A stretch of DNA of 64,000 bases from Candidatus Eiseniibacteriota bacterium (GCA_044223005.1 JBGAML010000018.1:41512-105511), one strand, 5' to 3'. Positions 37,744-47,027 are shown, counted from the stretch's first letter. A program made the numbers and translations. Notes: generated by a model from the letters alone, not told the origin.

Positions 37744-38630
37744 CCGACGGCGCCGGCGACGGGCTGCGCGACCGGCTCGGCGAGCTGGTGCGCCGGCGCC
37801 GCGCCGGCGTGCTCGCGCCCGTGCCGACGGCGGCATCCGTGGCCGATGCGGCCGAGCCGGCCGCGCCGAAGCGCGCCGCGGCGCGCGCGCATCGCGGCGC
37901 GGCCGCGGGCGTCGAGGCGTTCCTGCCCGGCGGCGAGTGGCGCGACGCGCAGGGCCGCACGGTCTACGTGCACGAGCGGCTGCGCTCCGAGGTCGAGAAG
38001 CCGTACGCGCACTGGGGCCGGCTGCCCGAGCCGCCGCCGGGCCAGCCCGAGCTCGCGGCGATCGCGGCGCGGGGCCTCGAGCGCATGCTGTTCCTCGACC
38101 TCGAGACCTGCGGGCTGTCGTCGAGCCCGGTGTTCCTCGCGGGGACCATGCACTGGAACGGCGAGGATTTCGTGCTGCGGCAGTACTTCGCGCGCCACTA
38201 CGGCGAGGAACCGGGGCTGCTCGCGGCCGTGCACGAGCAGGCGCGCGGCTTCGACATGCTCGTCACCTTCAACGGCAAGTCGTACGACGCGCCGTTCCTG
38301 CGCGCGCGCGCCCTCGTGCACGGCGTGCCGCTCGAGCTGCCGCGCCAGCACCTCGACCTGCTGCACCTCTCGCGCCGGCGCTGGAAGGGACTGCTGCGCG
38401 ACTGCAAGCTGCAGACGCTCGAGTACCACGTGTGCCGCCGCCGCCGCGTAGGCGACGTGCCGGGCGAGCAGGTGCCGGGCATCTACCACGAGTACGTGAA
38501 GCGCGCCGATCCCTACGCGCTGGTGCCGGTCTTCCACCACAACCTGCTCGACGTGATCACCATGGCGGAGATCCTGCACGCGCTCTGCCTCCCGGCGCGC
38601 GACGAGCGCGTGGACGACTTCGGCGCCTGA
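37740..38630 (+). CDS. YprB/MrfB-like RNase H-fold (DEDD) exonuclease
   Basis: FLDLETCG, TFNGKSYD, HLDLL, HNLLDV. Confidence 0.85.
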   Translation: MTDGAGDGLRDRLGELVRRRRAGVLAPVPTAASVADAAEPAAPKRAAARAHRGAAAGVEAFLPGGEWRDAQGRTVYVHERLRSEVEKPYAHWGRLPEPPPGQPELAAIAARGLERMLFLDLETCGLSSSPVFLAGTMHWNGEDFVLRQYFARHYGEEPGLLAAVHEQARGFDMLVTFNGKSYDAPFLRARALVHGVPLELPRQHLDLLHLSRRRWKGLLRDCKLQTLEYHVCRRRRVGDVPGEQVPGIYHEYVKRADPYALVPVFHHNLLDVITMAEILHALCLPARDERVDDFGA

Positions 38631-38761
38631 GCGGGCCGGGCACGAACGCGTTCGCCCGCCCGTCTCGCCTTCCGCCGCGCCGAATCGGGCAACCCGCCCG
38701 GCGGTGGCCGATTTCGGGCCGTTTCCCGCGGTTTTCGCGGGAGAACCTGCCATCTCGGCCG

Positions 38762-38791
38762 TTGACACGGTCTTTCCGGGCACGGGATACT
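38762..38791 (+). promoter_or_regulatory. sigma70-type promoter of cold-shock fusion gene
   Basis: TTGACA-N18-GATACT about 200 nt upstream of the ATG. Confidence 0.55.
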
Positions 38792-38990
38792 TCGGCCAGC
38801 CGTCCAGTCAGTCCGTGGGTCTTTCGTCGAGTGTGGTACGCCAGTGACCGTCGTGATCCGCAGTACCGAGACGTCGCCCGGTTCGCCGACCCCGCCTCGT
38901 CGCCTGAGTCGCCTCAGCAGGTGCGCCTGCTGGGGCATTCGTGTTTGACCCACCCACCATCACCCGTTTCGCGAGACGCTCGGAGAAGCC

Positions 38991-39650
38991 ATGAGTACCG
39001 GGGACAAGAGCATCACCTGCGTGGACTGCGGCGAGGAGTTCATCTTCACCGCGGGTGAGCAGGCCTTCTATCGCGAGCGCGGACTGCCGAACGAGCCCAC
39101 GCGTTGCAAGCGCTGTCGTGACGCCCGCAAGGCGCAGCGCGGCGACGGCGGTCACGGAGGCGGCGGTGGCTACGGCGGTGGTGGCGGCTACGGTGGTGGT
39201 GGTGGGTACGGCGGACGTGGCGGCGGTGGCGACAAGACGATGTACGCGGCGACGTGCTCCAACTGCGGCCGCGACACGCAGGTGCCCTTCCAGCCGACCG
39301 CGGGCCGGCCCGTGCTCTGCCGCGACTGCTTCCAGGCGTCCAAGGGTGGCCCGCCGCAGCGCTCGGGCGGTCACGGGGGCCACGGTGGTCACGGCGTCGG
39401 CGGTGGCGGCTCGCGCCCTCCGCGCGAGCCCGTCGGCCCGACCGAAGGCCACATGACCGGTGCGGTCAAGTGGTTCAACGACTCCAAGGGCTTCGGCTTC
39501 ATCCAGGCCGATTCCGGTGAGGACGTGTTCGTGCACTTCTCCGCCATCTCCGGCGACGGCTTCAAGTCGCTGGCGGAAGGCGATCGTGTCGAGTTCGACG
39601 TCGTTTCCGGGCCCAAGGGCAAGCAGGCCGCCAACGTCGTTCGTGCCTGA
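38991..39650 (+). CDS. Zinc-ribbon + CxxC-x17-CxxC + cold-shock domain fusion protein
   Basis: CVDC…EQAFY…CKRC; CSNC…VPFQP…[16 protein letters not shown]…DVFVHFS; Gly-rich linkers. Confidence 0.92.
   Translation: MSTGDKSITCVDCGEEFIFTAGEQAFYRERGLPNEPTRCKRCRDARKAQRGDGGHGGGGGYGGGGGYGGGGGYGGRGGGGDKTMYAATCSNCGRDTQVPFQPTAGRPVLCRDCFQASKGGPPQRSGGHGGHGGHGVGGGGSRPPREPVGPTEGHMTGAVKWFNDSKGFGFIQADSGEDVFVHFSAISGDGFKSLAEGDRVEFDVVSGPKGKQAANVVRA
39159..39213 (+). repeat. Imperfect 18-nt tandem repeat encoding (GGGGYG)x3
   Basis: GGCGGCGGTGGCTACGGC-like units within the CDS. Confidence 0.7.
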
Positions 39651-39755
39651 AGCCCGCGCGGCCGCGCGCCGATAATCCTTCCGGGCCTCCGCGCCCGGGC
39701 CGTCCTGCCCGGGCGGCTCGCGGAGGCCCGGACGTCATCCCCTCGGAAACGTCTC

Positions 39756-41411
39756 GTGATGCTCGAAACCCTGAAAGCCTTCACGGCGCTCAGTGAGGAG
39801 TTCGTCGAACTCTTCATGAAGCACCACCCCGTGGCCGCCACCGAGGCGGGCATCCACGACTACGACCACCTCCTGCCGAACGATTCCCCGGACGGCATGA
39901 AGGAACGGGCGGCGTGGCTGCGCGATCTCGAGCAGCGGCTGGTGGCATCCGTGCCGTGGGACGAACTGCCGCTCGAAGCGCGCGTGGACTTCGCACTGCT
40001 GCGCTCGCGCATCTCCGCGCTCCGCTGCGAGCTCGAGGAGATCAAGGCGCCACAGCGCACGCCGTCACTCTTCCTGATGCGCGCGTTCCGCAGCGTGCAC
40101 CTGCTGCTCTCGCGGTCGTTCGCGCCGCTCGACGAGCGCAAGGAGGCGGTGGTCGCGCGGCTCATGGCGATCCCCGACTACCTCGAGGGCGCGCAGGCGA
40201 ACCTCGTCGGCGTGCCGCCGGAGCTGCTCGAGGCCGGCATCGGCCTCGCGGCGCGCGGTCCCGCGTTCGTCGACGACGTCGTGCGCCGGCTGCTGCGCCA
40301 GTTCCCGGGCGAGGCCGAGCGCCTCGAGCACGCGGGCAGCCGCGCGCGCTCGGGATTCCTGCGCCTGCACGACCACCTCGAGAAGGAACGCAGCACCGAC
40401 CGCCGCATTTCGTTCGCGCTGAGCGAGCGCTGGATCAACTACAAGCTCGACCGCGAGCACCTGCTGGGCACCACCGCGCCGCAGGTCGAGCAGCTCGCCC
40501 GCGACCGCATGGAGATCTCGCTCCGCCAGATGGAGGACGAGGCGCGCCGCGCGGCGCCCGGCCGCTCGTGGCGGGAGCTGGTCGCCGAAGGGCGCGAGCG
40601 CCGGCCGGAAGCGGGCTGGCTGCGCGAGGTCTACGCGGCCGAGATCGAGCGCGCGAAACGCTTCGCGCTGGAGCACCGGCTGGTGCCCGTGCCCGAGCGC
40701 GACCGGCTCGAAGTCGCCGAAACGCCGCTCTACACGCGCGACTTCTCGCCGCAGTCCAGCTACCAGGGCCCCGCGCCGTTCGACAACGACGCGCAGGCGC
40801 TGTTCCAGTTCACGCCGATCGATCCGCGCCGCGACAAGGAAGCCCAGACCCAGCAGCTCGCCGGGCACTGCCTGCCGATGCTGCCGATCATCGCGTTGCG
40901 CGAGACGTGGCCCGGCCTGCACGTGCTGCACACGCACGCGGCGAACGCCGGCACCCGGCTGCGCCGCATGGCGCGCAGCGACGCCATGATGGGTGGCTGG
41001 GCCGCCTACGCCGAGGACCTCATGAGCGAGACCGGGTTCCTCGACTCCGATCCGCTCGCACCGCTCTTCTCGCGCCTGGTTTCGTACCGGCGCGCGTACG
41101 CCGCCATGCTCGACATCGCGCTGCACTGCGGCCGCATCACGCCGCCGGAGGCCGAACAGCAGCTCGTCACCGAGACGCTGCTCGAGCCCGAGGACGCCGC
41201 GGCGGTCGTCCGCGAATGCTGCGTCGCGCCGACGCGCGCCGCGGCCGCGTTCATGGGCCGGCTGGTGCTGCTCGATCTGCGCGACGAGGCGCGGCGCCGT
41301 GCCGGGGACCGGTTCGACCACGCGAAGCTGCACGCTGCGATCTGTGCGGGCGGGATCCTGCCGCCGGCGCTGGTGGGCGAGGAGCTGTGGGAAAGGCTGG
41401 GCGCGTCCTGA
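39756..41411 (+). CDS. DUF885 family protein with degenerate metal-binding motifs
   Basis: P..AT..GIH.YD..LP N-terminus, RL.AIP.YL, RETWPGLH, GWAAYAE, LDIALH. Confidence 0.8.
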   Translation: MMLETLKAFTALSEEFVELFMKHHPVAATEAGIHDYDHLLPNDSPDGMKERAAWLRDLEQRLVASVPWDELPLEARVDFALLRSRISALRCELEEIKAPQRTPSLFLMRAFRSVHLLLSRSFAPLDERKEAVVARLMAIPDYLEGAQANLVGVPPELLEAGIGLAARGPAFVDDVVRRLLRQFPGEAERLEHAGSRARSGFLRLHDHLEKERSTDRRISFALSERWINYKLDREHLLGTTAPQVEQLARDRMEISLRQMEDEARRAAPGRSWRELVAEGRERRPEAGWLREVYAAEIERAKRFALEHRLVPVPERDRLEVAETPLYTRDFSPQSSYQGPAPFDNDAQALFQFTPIDPRRDKEAQTQQLAGHCLPMLPIIALRETWPGLHVLHTHAANAGTRLRRMARSDAMMGGWAAYAEDLMSETGFLDSDPLAPLFSRLVSYRRAYAAMLDIALHCGRITPPEAEQQLVTETLLEPEDAAAVVRECCVAPTRAAAAFMGRLVLLDLRDEARRRAGDRFDHAKLHAAICAGGILPPALVGEELWERLGAS

Positions 41412-42268
41412 TCCGTTTCCCCCGACTCGCGGCGGCGCTCGCGTTCGTCGGCCTGCTGGGCGCCGTGCCGGCGTTCGCCGTCGAGCCCTCGACCCGCTAC
41501 GCCATCGACCCGAAGCGGACCGGGCTGGTGTTCGAGGACGTGAACTTCCCGGCGGCCATGGACAGCGCGCGGATCCACGGCTGGTGGTTCCGTGCCGCCG
41601 CGCCGGGTCCTGTCGTGGTGCTGTGCCCGCGCGGCAAGGGCAACATGGCCGACCTGCTGCCGGCCGTCGTCGAGTTCGCGCGCCGCGGCTTCACGGTCAT
41701 GACGTTCGACTACCGCGACTTCGGCCCCGGCGGCGCCGGCGCGACCGACACGCTGCGCAACGTGATCTTCGCGTCGCGCTGGGTGGACGACGCCGAGGGC
41801 GCGTTCCGCTTCGCGCGATCGCGCGCGGAGGGGCAGCCCGTTTTCGGCTGGGGACAGGACCTCGGCGCCACCGTCGCGCTCACGGTCACCGGGCGCGAGC
41901 GGCGCCTCGTCGACGGCATCGCGATCGAAGGCGTCTTCCGCAGCACCGAGGAGCAGCTCGCGTACCTCGGGCTCTCGCAGGACCCCAACGTGATGCGCCG
42001 CCATCGCGAACTCGTCCGCCCGATGGACGAACCCAACGTCGTGGTGAGCCGCGCCTACGTCGGGCTCCTCCTGGTGCTCGCGGGCAAGGACGATGTGACG
42101 CCGCAGGCGACCACGCTCGAACTGCTCGGCACCGCGCGGCCGGGGCCGGTGCGCTACCTGCTGCCCGAGGCGGGCCACGACGGCGCGGAGAAGACGCCGG
42201 GCTACTTCGACCGCGTCGCGGAGTGGATCCGGCTCAAGACCCGCATGCTCACGCGCCCCGGGCGTTGA
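41387..42268 (+). CDS. Exported alpha/beta hydrolase with Asp at the nucleophile elbow (start uncertain: 41387 GTG or 41408 CTG)
   Basis: Signal peptide (…VPAFA|V), P..GL.FEDV.F, HGWW, FDYRDFG, GQDLG, GKDDVT, AGH. Confidence 0.8.
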   Translation: MGKAGRVLIRFPRLAAALAFVGLLGAVPAFAVEPSTRYAIDPKRTGLVFEDVNFPAAMDSARIHGWWFRAAAPGPVVVLCPRGKGNMADLLPAVVEFARRGFTVMTFDYRDFGPGGAGATDTLRNVIFASRWVDDAEGAFRFARSRAEGQPVFGWGQDLGATVALTVTGRERRLVDGIAIEGVFRSTEEQLAYLGLSQDPNVMRRHRELVRPMDEPNVVVSRAYVGLLLVLAGKDDVTPQATTLELLGTARPGPVRYLLPEAGHDGAEKTPGYFDRVAEWIRLKTRMLTRPGR

Positions 42269-42285
42269 CGCCGCGGAAGAACGAA

Positions 42286-42317
42286 CGGGGGCGGGACCCG
42301 GCTGGGTCCCGCCCCCG
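42286..42317. terminator. Hairpin between convergent genes
   Basis: 14-bp inverted repeat CGGGGGCGGGACCC / GGGTCCCGCCCCCG. Confidence 0.6.
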
Positions 42318-42335
42318 CGCTTCTTGCCGCGAGCG

Positions 42336-43697
42336 TCAGTGCGCCGGGAACAGCTGGCGCAGCGCCGGCTGCAGGCCTTCGATCTTCAGGCCGACGAACG
42401 CGTCCACCGCGTCGTCACCGGCGATCGCCGGGCGGGCCGCCGAGCTCGTGGTCGAGGCCACGTCGGCCGGATTCACGTGCGGGATCGTGGCGCCGAAGCG
42501 GGTGTTCACCGCGTCGATCATCGTGTTGGCGATGAGCGCGTGGCCGAGATCGGTCGGGTGCACGCCGTCGAGGCTGAAGAGCCCGCCGGTCACGAACGCC
42601 GTCGTGTAGTGCGTCGCACCGAGCGTGTAGCCCTCGGTCGCGATGCGCGACAGCAGCCCGTTCAGGTCCACCTTCACGACCCACGGACGCAGCGCGACCG
42701 AGTCGACCGCCGCGTTCATCTGCGAGATCGCCAGGTTGAGTGCGTCCTGCTCGGACGCCGACAGCACGACCGCGTCCGGCAGGCCCACGCCCGTGCCCGG
42801 CGCCGCCGGGTTGATGTAGTTGTAGCTGCCGACCGGGAAGCCAGCGCCCGTCGCGAGCAGGCCCTGCGCGGTGAGCAGCACCAGGTCCTTGGTCGGGTCC
42901 AGCGGGCCCGAGGGACCGATGAGCGGCACGACGAGCCCGGTGGTGAGGCTCTTCGTGTACGGCTTGAACGTGGTGCAGAACGGGATCGCGGTCACGGGCG
43001 GCACGTTGAAGATCGCGAGCTTCGCGTTCGGCACCGCGGCGTGGATCGCGTTCATCGAGCCCGTGACGATCGCGGCGTACTGCGCGGGCGGCACCGGGAG
43101 CGTGCTCACGCCGGCGGTCGCCGAGCCGAGCACCTCGTTGGCGCCGTATTCCCACGAAATGAACGTCGGGCCCTGCCGCAGCATCTGCTGCGCGATCGTG
43201 CCCTGGTGCCGGCCGACGAGCGCGAAGAACGGGTTCGTCGGATAGCGGGTCGAGTCGCCGAAGTCGAAGGCGATCGCACCGGGCACGCCGAGGTTCTGGT
43301 AGTCGTGCGCCCAGAGCGCGTTGATGGGATTGCCCGGCGAGAGGCCGCTGTTCGAGATGATCGGCGGCGAGATCGACCGGAGCTGCAGCAGCGGGTTGAT
43401 GCCGTTGCCGTCGACGGCGGGGAACGAGAACGTCCCCTGGCCGCTCGCGAGCACGGTGTAGCCCACCTGCTGCGCGAACAGGGCCGGGAACGAGGTCACC
43501 TGGTGCCGGTTGACGACACCGCTCGACTGGTAGCCGGCCGAGATGCTGGTGCCGGCGGCGACGTAGCGCGTGAAGTCCGCCGTGCCGCTCGTCAGCTCGG
43601 GCGCGTTGATGGCGTCGATCTTGTCGCAGGGTCCCTGGCAGCCGGCGATGAACGCGGCGAGCACCAGGACCGGCGCGAAGCGAATGTACTTCTTCAT
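42336..43697 (-). CDS. SGNH/GDSL-like lipolytic lipoprotein
   Basis: Lipobox IAG|C, YVAAGTSISAG, NLGVPGA, GANEVLG, FSLDGVHP. Confidence 0.82.
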   Translation of the reverse strand: MKKYIRFAPVLVLAAFIAGCQGPCDKIDAINAPELTSGTADFTRYVAAGTSISAGYQSSGVVNRHQVTSFPALFAQQVGYTVLASGQGTFSFPAVDGNGINPLLQLRSISPPIISNSGLSPGNPINALWAHDYQNLGVPGAIAFDFGDSTRYPTNPFFALVGRHQGTIAQQMLRQGPTFISWEYGANEVLGSATAGVSTLPVPPAQYAAIVTGSMNAIHAAVPNAKLAIFNVPPVTAIPFCTTFKPYTKSLTTGLVVPLIGPSGPLDPTKDLVLLTAQGLLATGAGFPVGSYNYINPAAPGTGVGLPDAVVLSASEQDALNLAISQMNAAVDSVALRPWVVKVDLNGLLSRIATEGYTLGATHYTTAFVTGGLFSLDGVHPTDLGHALIANTMIDAVNTRFGATIPHVNPADVASTTSSAARPAIAGDDAVDAFVGLKIEGLQPALRQLFPAH

Positions 43698-43717
43698 GGT
43701 CGTCAGGTCCTCCCGGA

Positions 43718-45016
43718 TCACCAGTGGTAGCCGAGGCTCGCGCCGAAGCCGTTCACGTAGCTCTTGTACGTTCCGTTGTAGCCGTCACGCTCGGCTCCGT
43801 TCGTGCTGCGGTCCTCGACGAAGAGCGCGAGGTTGTAGGCGTCGAGCTGCCAGGCCTTGTTCTTGCCGAACGGCTTGCCGATGCCGACGGTGACGCCGTG
43901 GCGGTTGGCGTCCGGAAGCAGCGGCGTGACGGACTCGGAGGGCGCGGCCTCCTGATCGAAGTAGTAGCCGAAGCGGTACGTCCAGTTCGGCAGCCGGTGC
44001 TCTGCACCGAAGTTGAAGCGCCAGGAATCGTTGTAGTCCTCGGGGATCGCCGTGCTCTTTTCGGGCGACTTGGAGAACGAGAGCGGCAGTTCGTCGAAGA
44101 ACGACCACTTGGTCTGGTTCGCGTCCACTTCCCACGTCCAATCGGGCGTCGGGTTCCACGCCGCGCCGATGGAGAGGATCGAGGGGAACATCAGCCACGC
44201 CGTGGCCTTCTGGTTCGGCGGGATCTGCGCCGCGGCGGCGTTGTCGAAGGCCGTGTTGCCCGTCAGGATCTGCGTGAACGTCGCGTCGCCGTCGTCGATC
44301 TTCACGTGCACGCGCGCGCGGTAGTTCAAGCCGAACTTCCATTCCGGCTCGGGCGTCCAGAGCGCGCCCGCGTTCCACGTGTAGTTGGGCGTATAGCCGC
44401 CTTTCAGGTTCACGTGTGCCACGTTGACCTGGCCGCCGCCACCGCCCGGCACGAGCGCCAGCGTGACGTTGTTCAGCTCGACGCCGGCGAAGAGCGCATC
44501 GAAGCCGGCCCCGAGGCTCCACTGGTCGTTGACCGCGTACGACGCGCACAGGCTGGCGTTGATCGTGCGCAGCGTCGCCTTGGTCACGCGGCTGCGGCCC
44601 GTGAACGTGTCCGGGTTCTTCCAGTCGACGCCCAGGCCGAACGGCGCGTTCACGCCGACGCCGTACGCCCACTTCTTCGACAGCCGGTTCGTCCAGTAGA
44701 CCGTCGGCGGGAAGAAGTTGCCCGGGTTCATCTCCTCCTGGACGCCGAAGCCCGGCGCCGGGTCGATGCCCGCGAAGCTCGTGCGCGTCGACAGCCACGT
44801 GTCGCCGACCGAGATCTGGTGGCCGTCGAGGCGGACGATCGCGGCCGGGTTGAAGAACACGGCCGACGGATCGCTGACCGACGCGGTGTGGGCGCCGGCC
44901 ATGCCGAGCGCGGCGGCACCTTGCTCGAAGATGCCGTAGCCCGCGCCCCACGCGAGGCCGGGCGTCACGATGGCCGCCGCGAGCGCGGCCGCGAGCACGG
45001 ATCGATGGAGGTTCAT
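43718..45016 (-). CDS. fadL: FadL/OmpP1 family outer-membrane long-chain fatty acid transporter
   Basis: Signal peptide, AGYGIFEQGAAALGMAGA, FFNPA, APFGL, LPDANR, C-terminal aromatic residue. Confidence 0.88.
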   Translation of the reverse strand: MNLHRSVLAAALAAAIVTPGLAWGAGYGIFEQGAAALGMAGAHTASVSDPSAVFFNPAAIVRLDGHQISVGDTWLSTRTSFAGIDPAPGFGVQEEMNPGNFFPPTVYWTNRLSKKWAYGVGVNAPFGLGVDWKNPDTFTGRSRVTKATLRTINASLCASYAVNDQWSLGAGFDALFAGVELNNVTLALVPGGGGGQVNVAHVNLKGGYTPNYTWNAGALWTPEPEWKFGLNYRARVHVKIDDGDATFTQILTGNTAFDNAAAAQIPPNQKATAWLMFPSILSIGAAWNPTPDWTWEVDANQTKWSFFDELPLSFSKSPEKSTAIPEDYNDSWRFNFGAEHRLPNWTYRFGYYFDQEAAPSESVTPLLPDANRHGVTVGIGKPFGKNKAWQLDAYNLALFVEDRSTNGAERDGYNGTYKSYVNGFGASLGYHW

Positions 45017-45074
45017 GAGACCCCTTCCTGGATTGTGTGCCGGCGGGGGTGCCGGCGGGAATGGCGCCCGGACG

Positions 45075-46868
45075 TCAGGCGCCTTCGGCGTAAAGCGATT
45101 CGATGAGGCTCTCGAACTTCTGGGTGACGATCCGCCGCCGCACCTTGAGCGTGGGCGTGAGTTCGCCGGCGTCCTGGCTGAGGTCGCGATCGAGCAGCGC
45201 GAAGCGCTTGATCGTCTCGAACTGGGCGAGGTCCGCGTTGAGCTTGTCGATCTGGTGCTGGATGCGCCCCACGACCTCCGGATGCCGCAGCAGCTCCTGG
45301 CGCGAACCGTACGCCCAACCGCGTTCCTTCGCTCGCTGCTCGAGCAGCGCGAAGTTCGGTACGATGAGGCAGATGCAGTACGGGCGGTGGTCGCCGAGCA
45401 TGACGGCTTCGGAGATCCACTTGGAGCGCTTGAGCCGCCCCTCGAGCGGCTGCGGCGCGACCTTCTTGCCGCCCGCCGTCACGAGCAGGTCCTTGAGCCG
45501 GTCGGTGATCACGAGGAAGCCGTCGGCGTCGAGGTGGCCGACGTCGCCGGTGTGGAACCAGCCGTCCACGATCGCCGCCTTCGTCGCCTCGTCGTTGCGG
45601 AAGTAGCCGCGCATCACGTGCGGCCCGCGCGTGAGGATCTCGCCCTCGTCGCCGATCCGCACCTCGATCCCGGGCAGCGCCGGACCCACGGCGCCGGGCT
45701 TCTCGCGCCCGGGCGGGTTCAGGCAGATGACGGGCGAGGTCTCGGTGAGGCCGTAGCCTTCGAGCACGGGGATCCCGACGGCGAAGAAGAACTCCATGAT
45801 CTTGGGAGCGAGCGGCGCGCCGCCGGACACGCAGAGCCGGAGCTTGCCGCCGACGCGCTCGCGGATCTTGGCCCCGACGAGGTGGTCGGCGATCCCCGCC
45901 TGCAGCGCGAGCAGCCCGGACGGCTGGCGGCCGGCGAAGCGCTCCTGCGCGGCCTTCGTGCCCACGCGCACGCCCCAGTTGAAGATCACGCGCCGGATCA
46001 TCGGCTGCGTGCGCGCGTTGTCCATCACGCGGGCGTAGACCTTCTCGAAGAACCGCGGCACGCCGATCAGCACGGTCGGGTGCACGTCCATCGAGTCCGC
46101 GGCCACCGTCTCGAGGCTCTGGGCGTAGGCGATCGTGACGCCCGCCTGCAGCATGCAGAACTGGCCGGCCATGCGTTCGAGGATGTGGCAGAGGGGCAGG
46201 AACGAGATGCAGCGCTCGTGCGAGGCCAGGTCGATCACCTTCAGGCCCGCCTCCACGTTCGAGCAGACGTTGCCGTGCGTCAGCATGGCGCCCTTGGGCT
46301 CGCCCGTGGTGCCCGACGTGTAGATGATGGTCGCGATGTCGTCGCGCTTCACGGCGAGCGCGCCCCGGCGGAACGCCTCCGGGTCGGCGGCGCGCCGGCG
46401 GGCGCCCTCGGCAAGCAGGTCGGCGAACGAGCGCGAGCGGCCGCGCGTGGGCGGGGCCGGCTCCATGGCGACGATCGCCTCCAGCTTCGGGAGCGAGTCG
46501 GCGAGCTGGGCGAGCTTGTCGAGCTGCGCCGGCGTGGACACGATCGCCACGCGCGCCTCGGAGTTCTCGAGGATGTGGCGCACCTGCTGCGCCGTCAGCG
46601 TGGGGTAGATCGGCACGGTGATCGCGCCCAGGCCGAGGATGGCGAGGTCGCTCACGGCCCACTCGTAGCGGTTTTCCGACAGCAGCGCGACACGGTCGCC
46701 GGCGCCGATGCCCATCGAGGCCAGGCCGAGCGCGAAGCTCTCGACGTCGGCGTGCGCCTGCGACGCGCCGATCGACTCCCAGCCCACCGCGTTCTTGCGC
46801 ATGAAAAGCGCGCGCGGTCCGCCTCTCTCGATCCGTTCGAGGAAGATCCGGATCAGCGTCTCGGGCAT
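45075..46868 (-). CDS. fadD: Long-chain fatty acid--CoA ligase
   Basis: YTSGTTGEPKG, FLPLCH, EGYGLTET, GWFHTGD, DRLKD, TPTLK; AGGAGG RBS. Confidence 0.92.
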   Translation of the reverse strand: MPETLIRIFLERIERGGPRALFMRKNAVGWESIGASQAHADVESFALGLASMGIGAGDRVALLSENRYEWAVSDLAILGLGAITVPIYPTLTAQQVRHILENSEARVAIVSTPAQLDKLAQLADSLPKLEAIVAMEPAPPTRGRSRSFADLLAEGARRRAADPEAFRRGALAVKRDDIATIIYTSGTTGEPKGAMLTHGNVCSNVEAGLKVIDLASHERCISFLPLCHILERMAGQFCMLQAGVTIAYAQSLETVAADSMDVHPTVLIGVPRFFEKVYARVMDNARTQPMIRRVIFNWGVRVGTKAAQERFAGRQPSGLLALQAGIADHLVGAKIRERVGGKLRLCVSGGAPLAPKIMEFFFAVGIPVLEGYGLTETSPVICLNPPGREKPGAVGPALPGIEVRIGDEGEILTRGPHVMRGYFRNDEATKAAIVDGWFHTGDVGHLDADGFLVITDRLKDLLVTAGGKKVAPQPLEGRLKRSKWISEAVMLGDHRPYCICLIVPNFALLEQRAKERGWAYGSRQELLRHPEVVGRIQHQIDKLNADLAQFETIKRFALLDRDLSQDAGELTPTLKVRRRIVTQKFESLIESLYAEGA

Positions 46869-47027
46869 GAGGCCTCCTGCCTCGATCATGTGGGGGGCGC
46901 GCGATGAAACGCTTCGGAAACCCGCGATTCCTAACACCGTGCTCTTGCGTTTGACAATGCCGAAAAGGTTGCCGCAAGGTGGCAGTTGGCGGCGCATGGA
47001 GCGCCGCGACCGTGTGGAGGTACCCCG

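Noticed and set aside
34434..38630. DISARM/Druantia-type defence system
   Set aside because: The helicase and DUF1998 are fused as in MrfA/YprA, the partner is YprB-like, the MTase lacks DNA-methylase motifs, and no other defence genes are adjacent.
46925..46985. Exact divergent promoters or FadR-type operator in the fad spacer
   Set aside because: TTGACA/TTGTCA is present, but the -10 elements are weak and no convincing long palindrome was seen, so it was not called as a feature.
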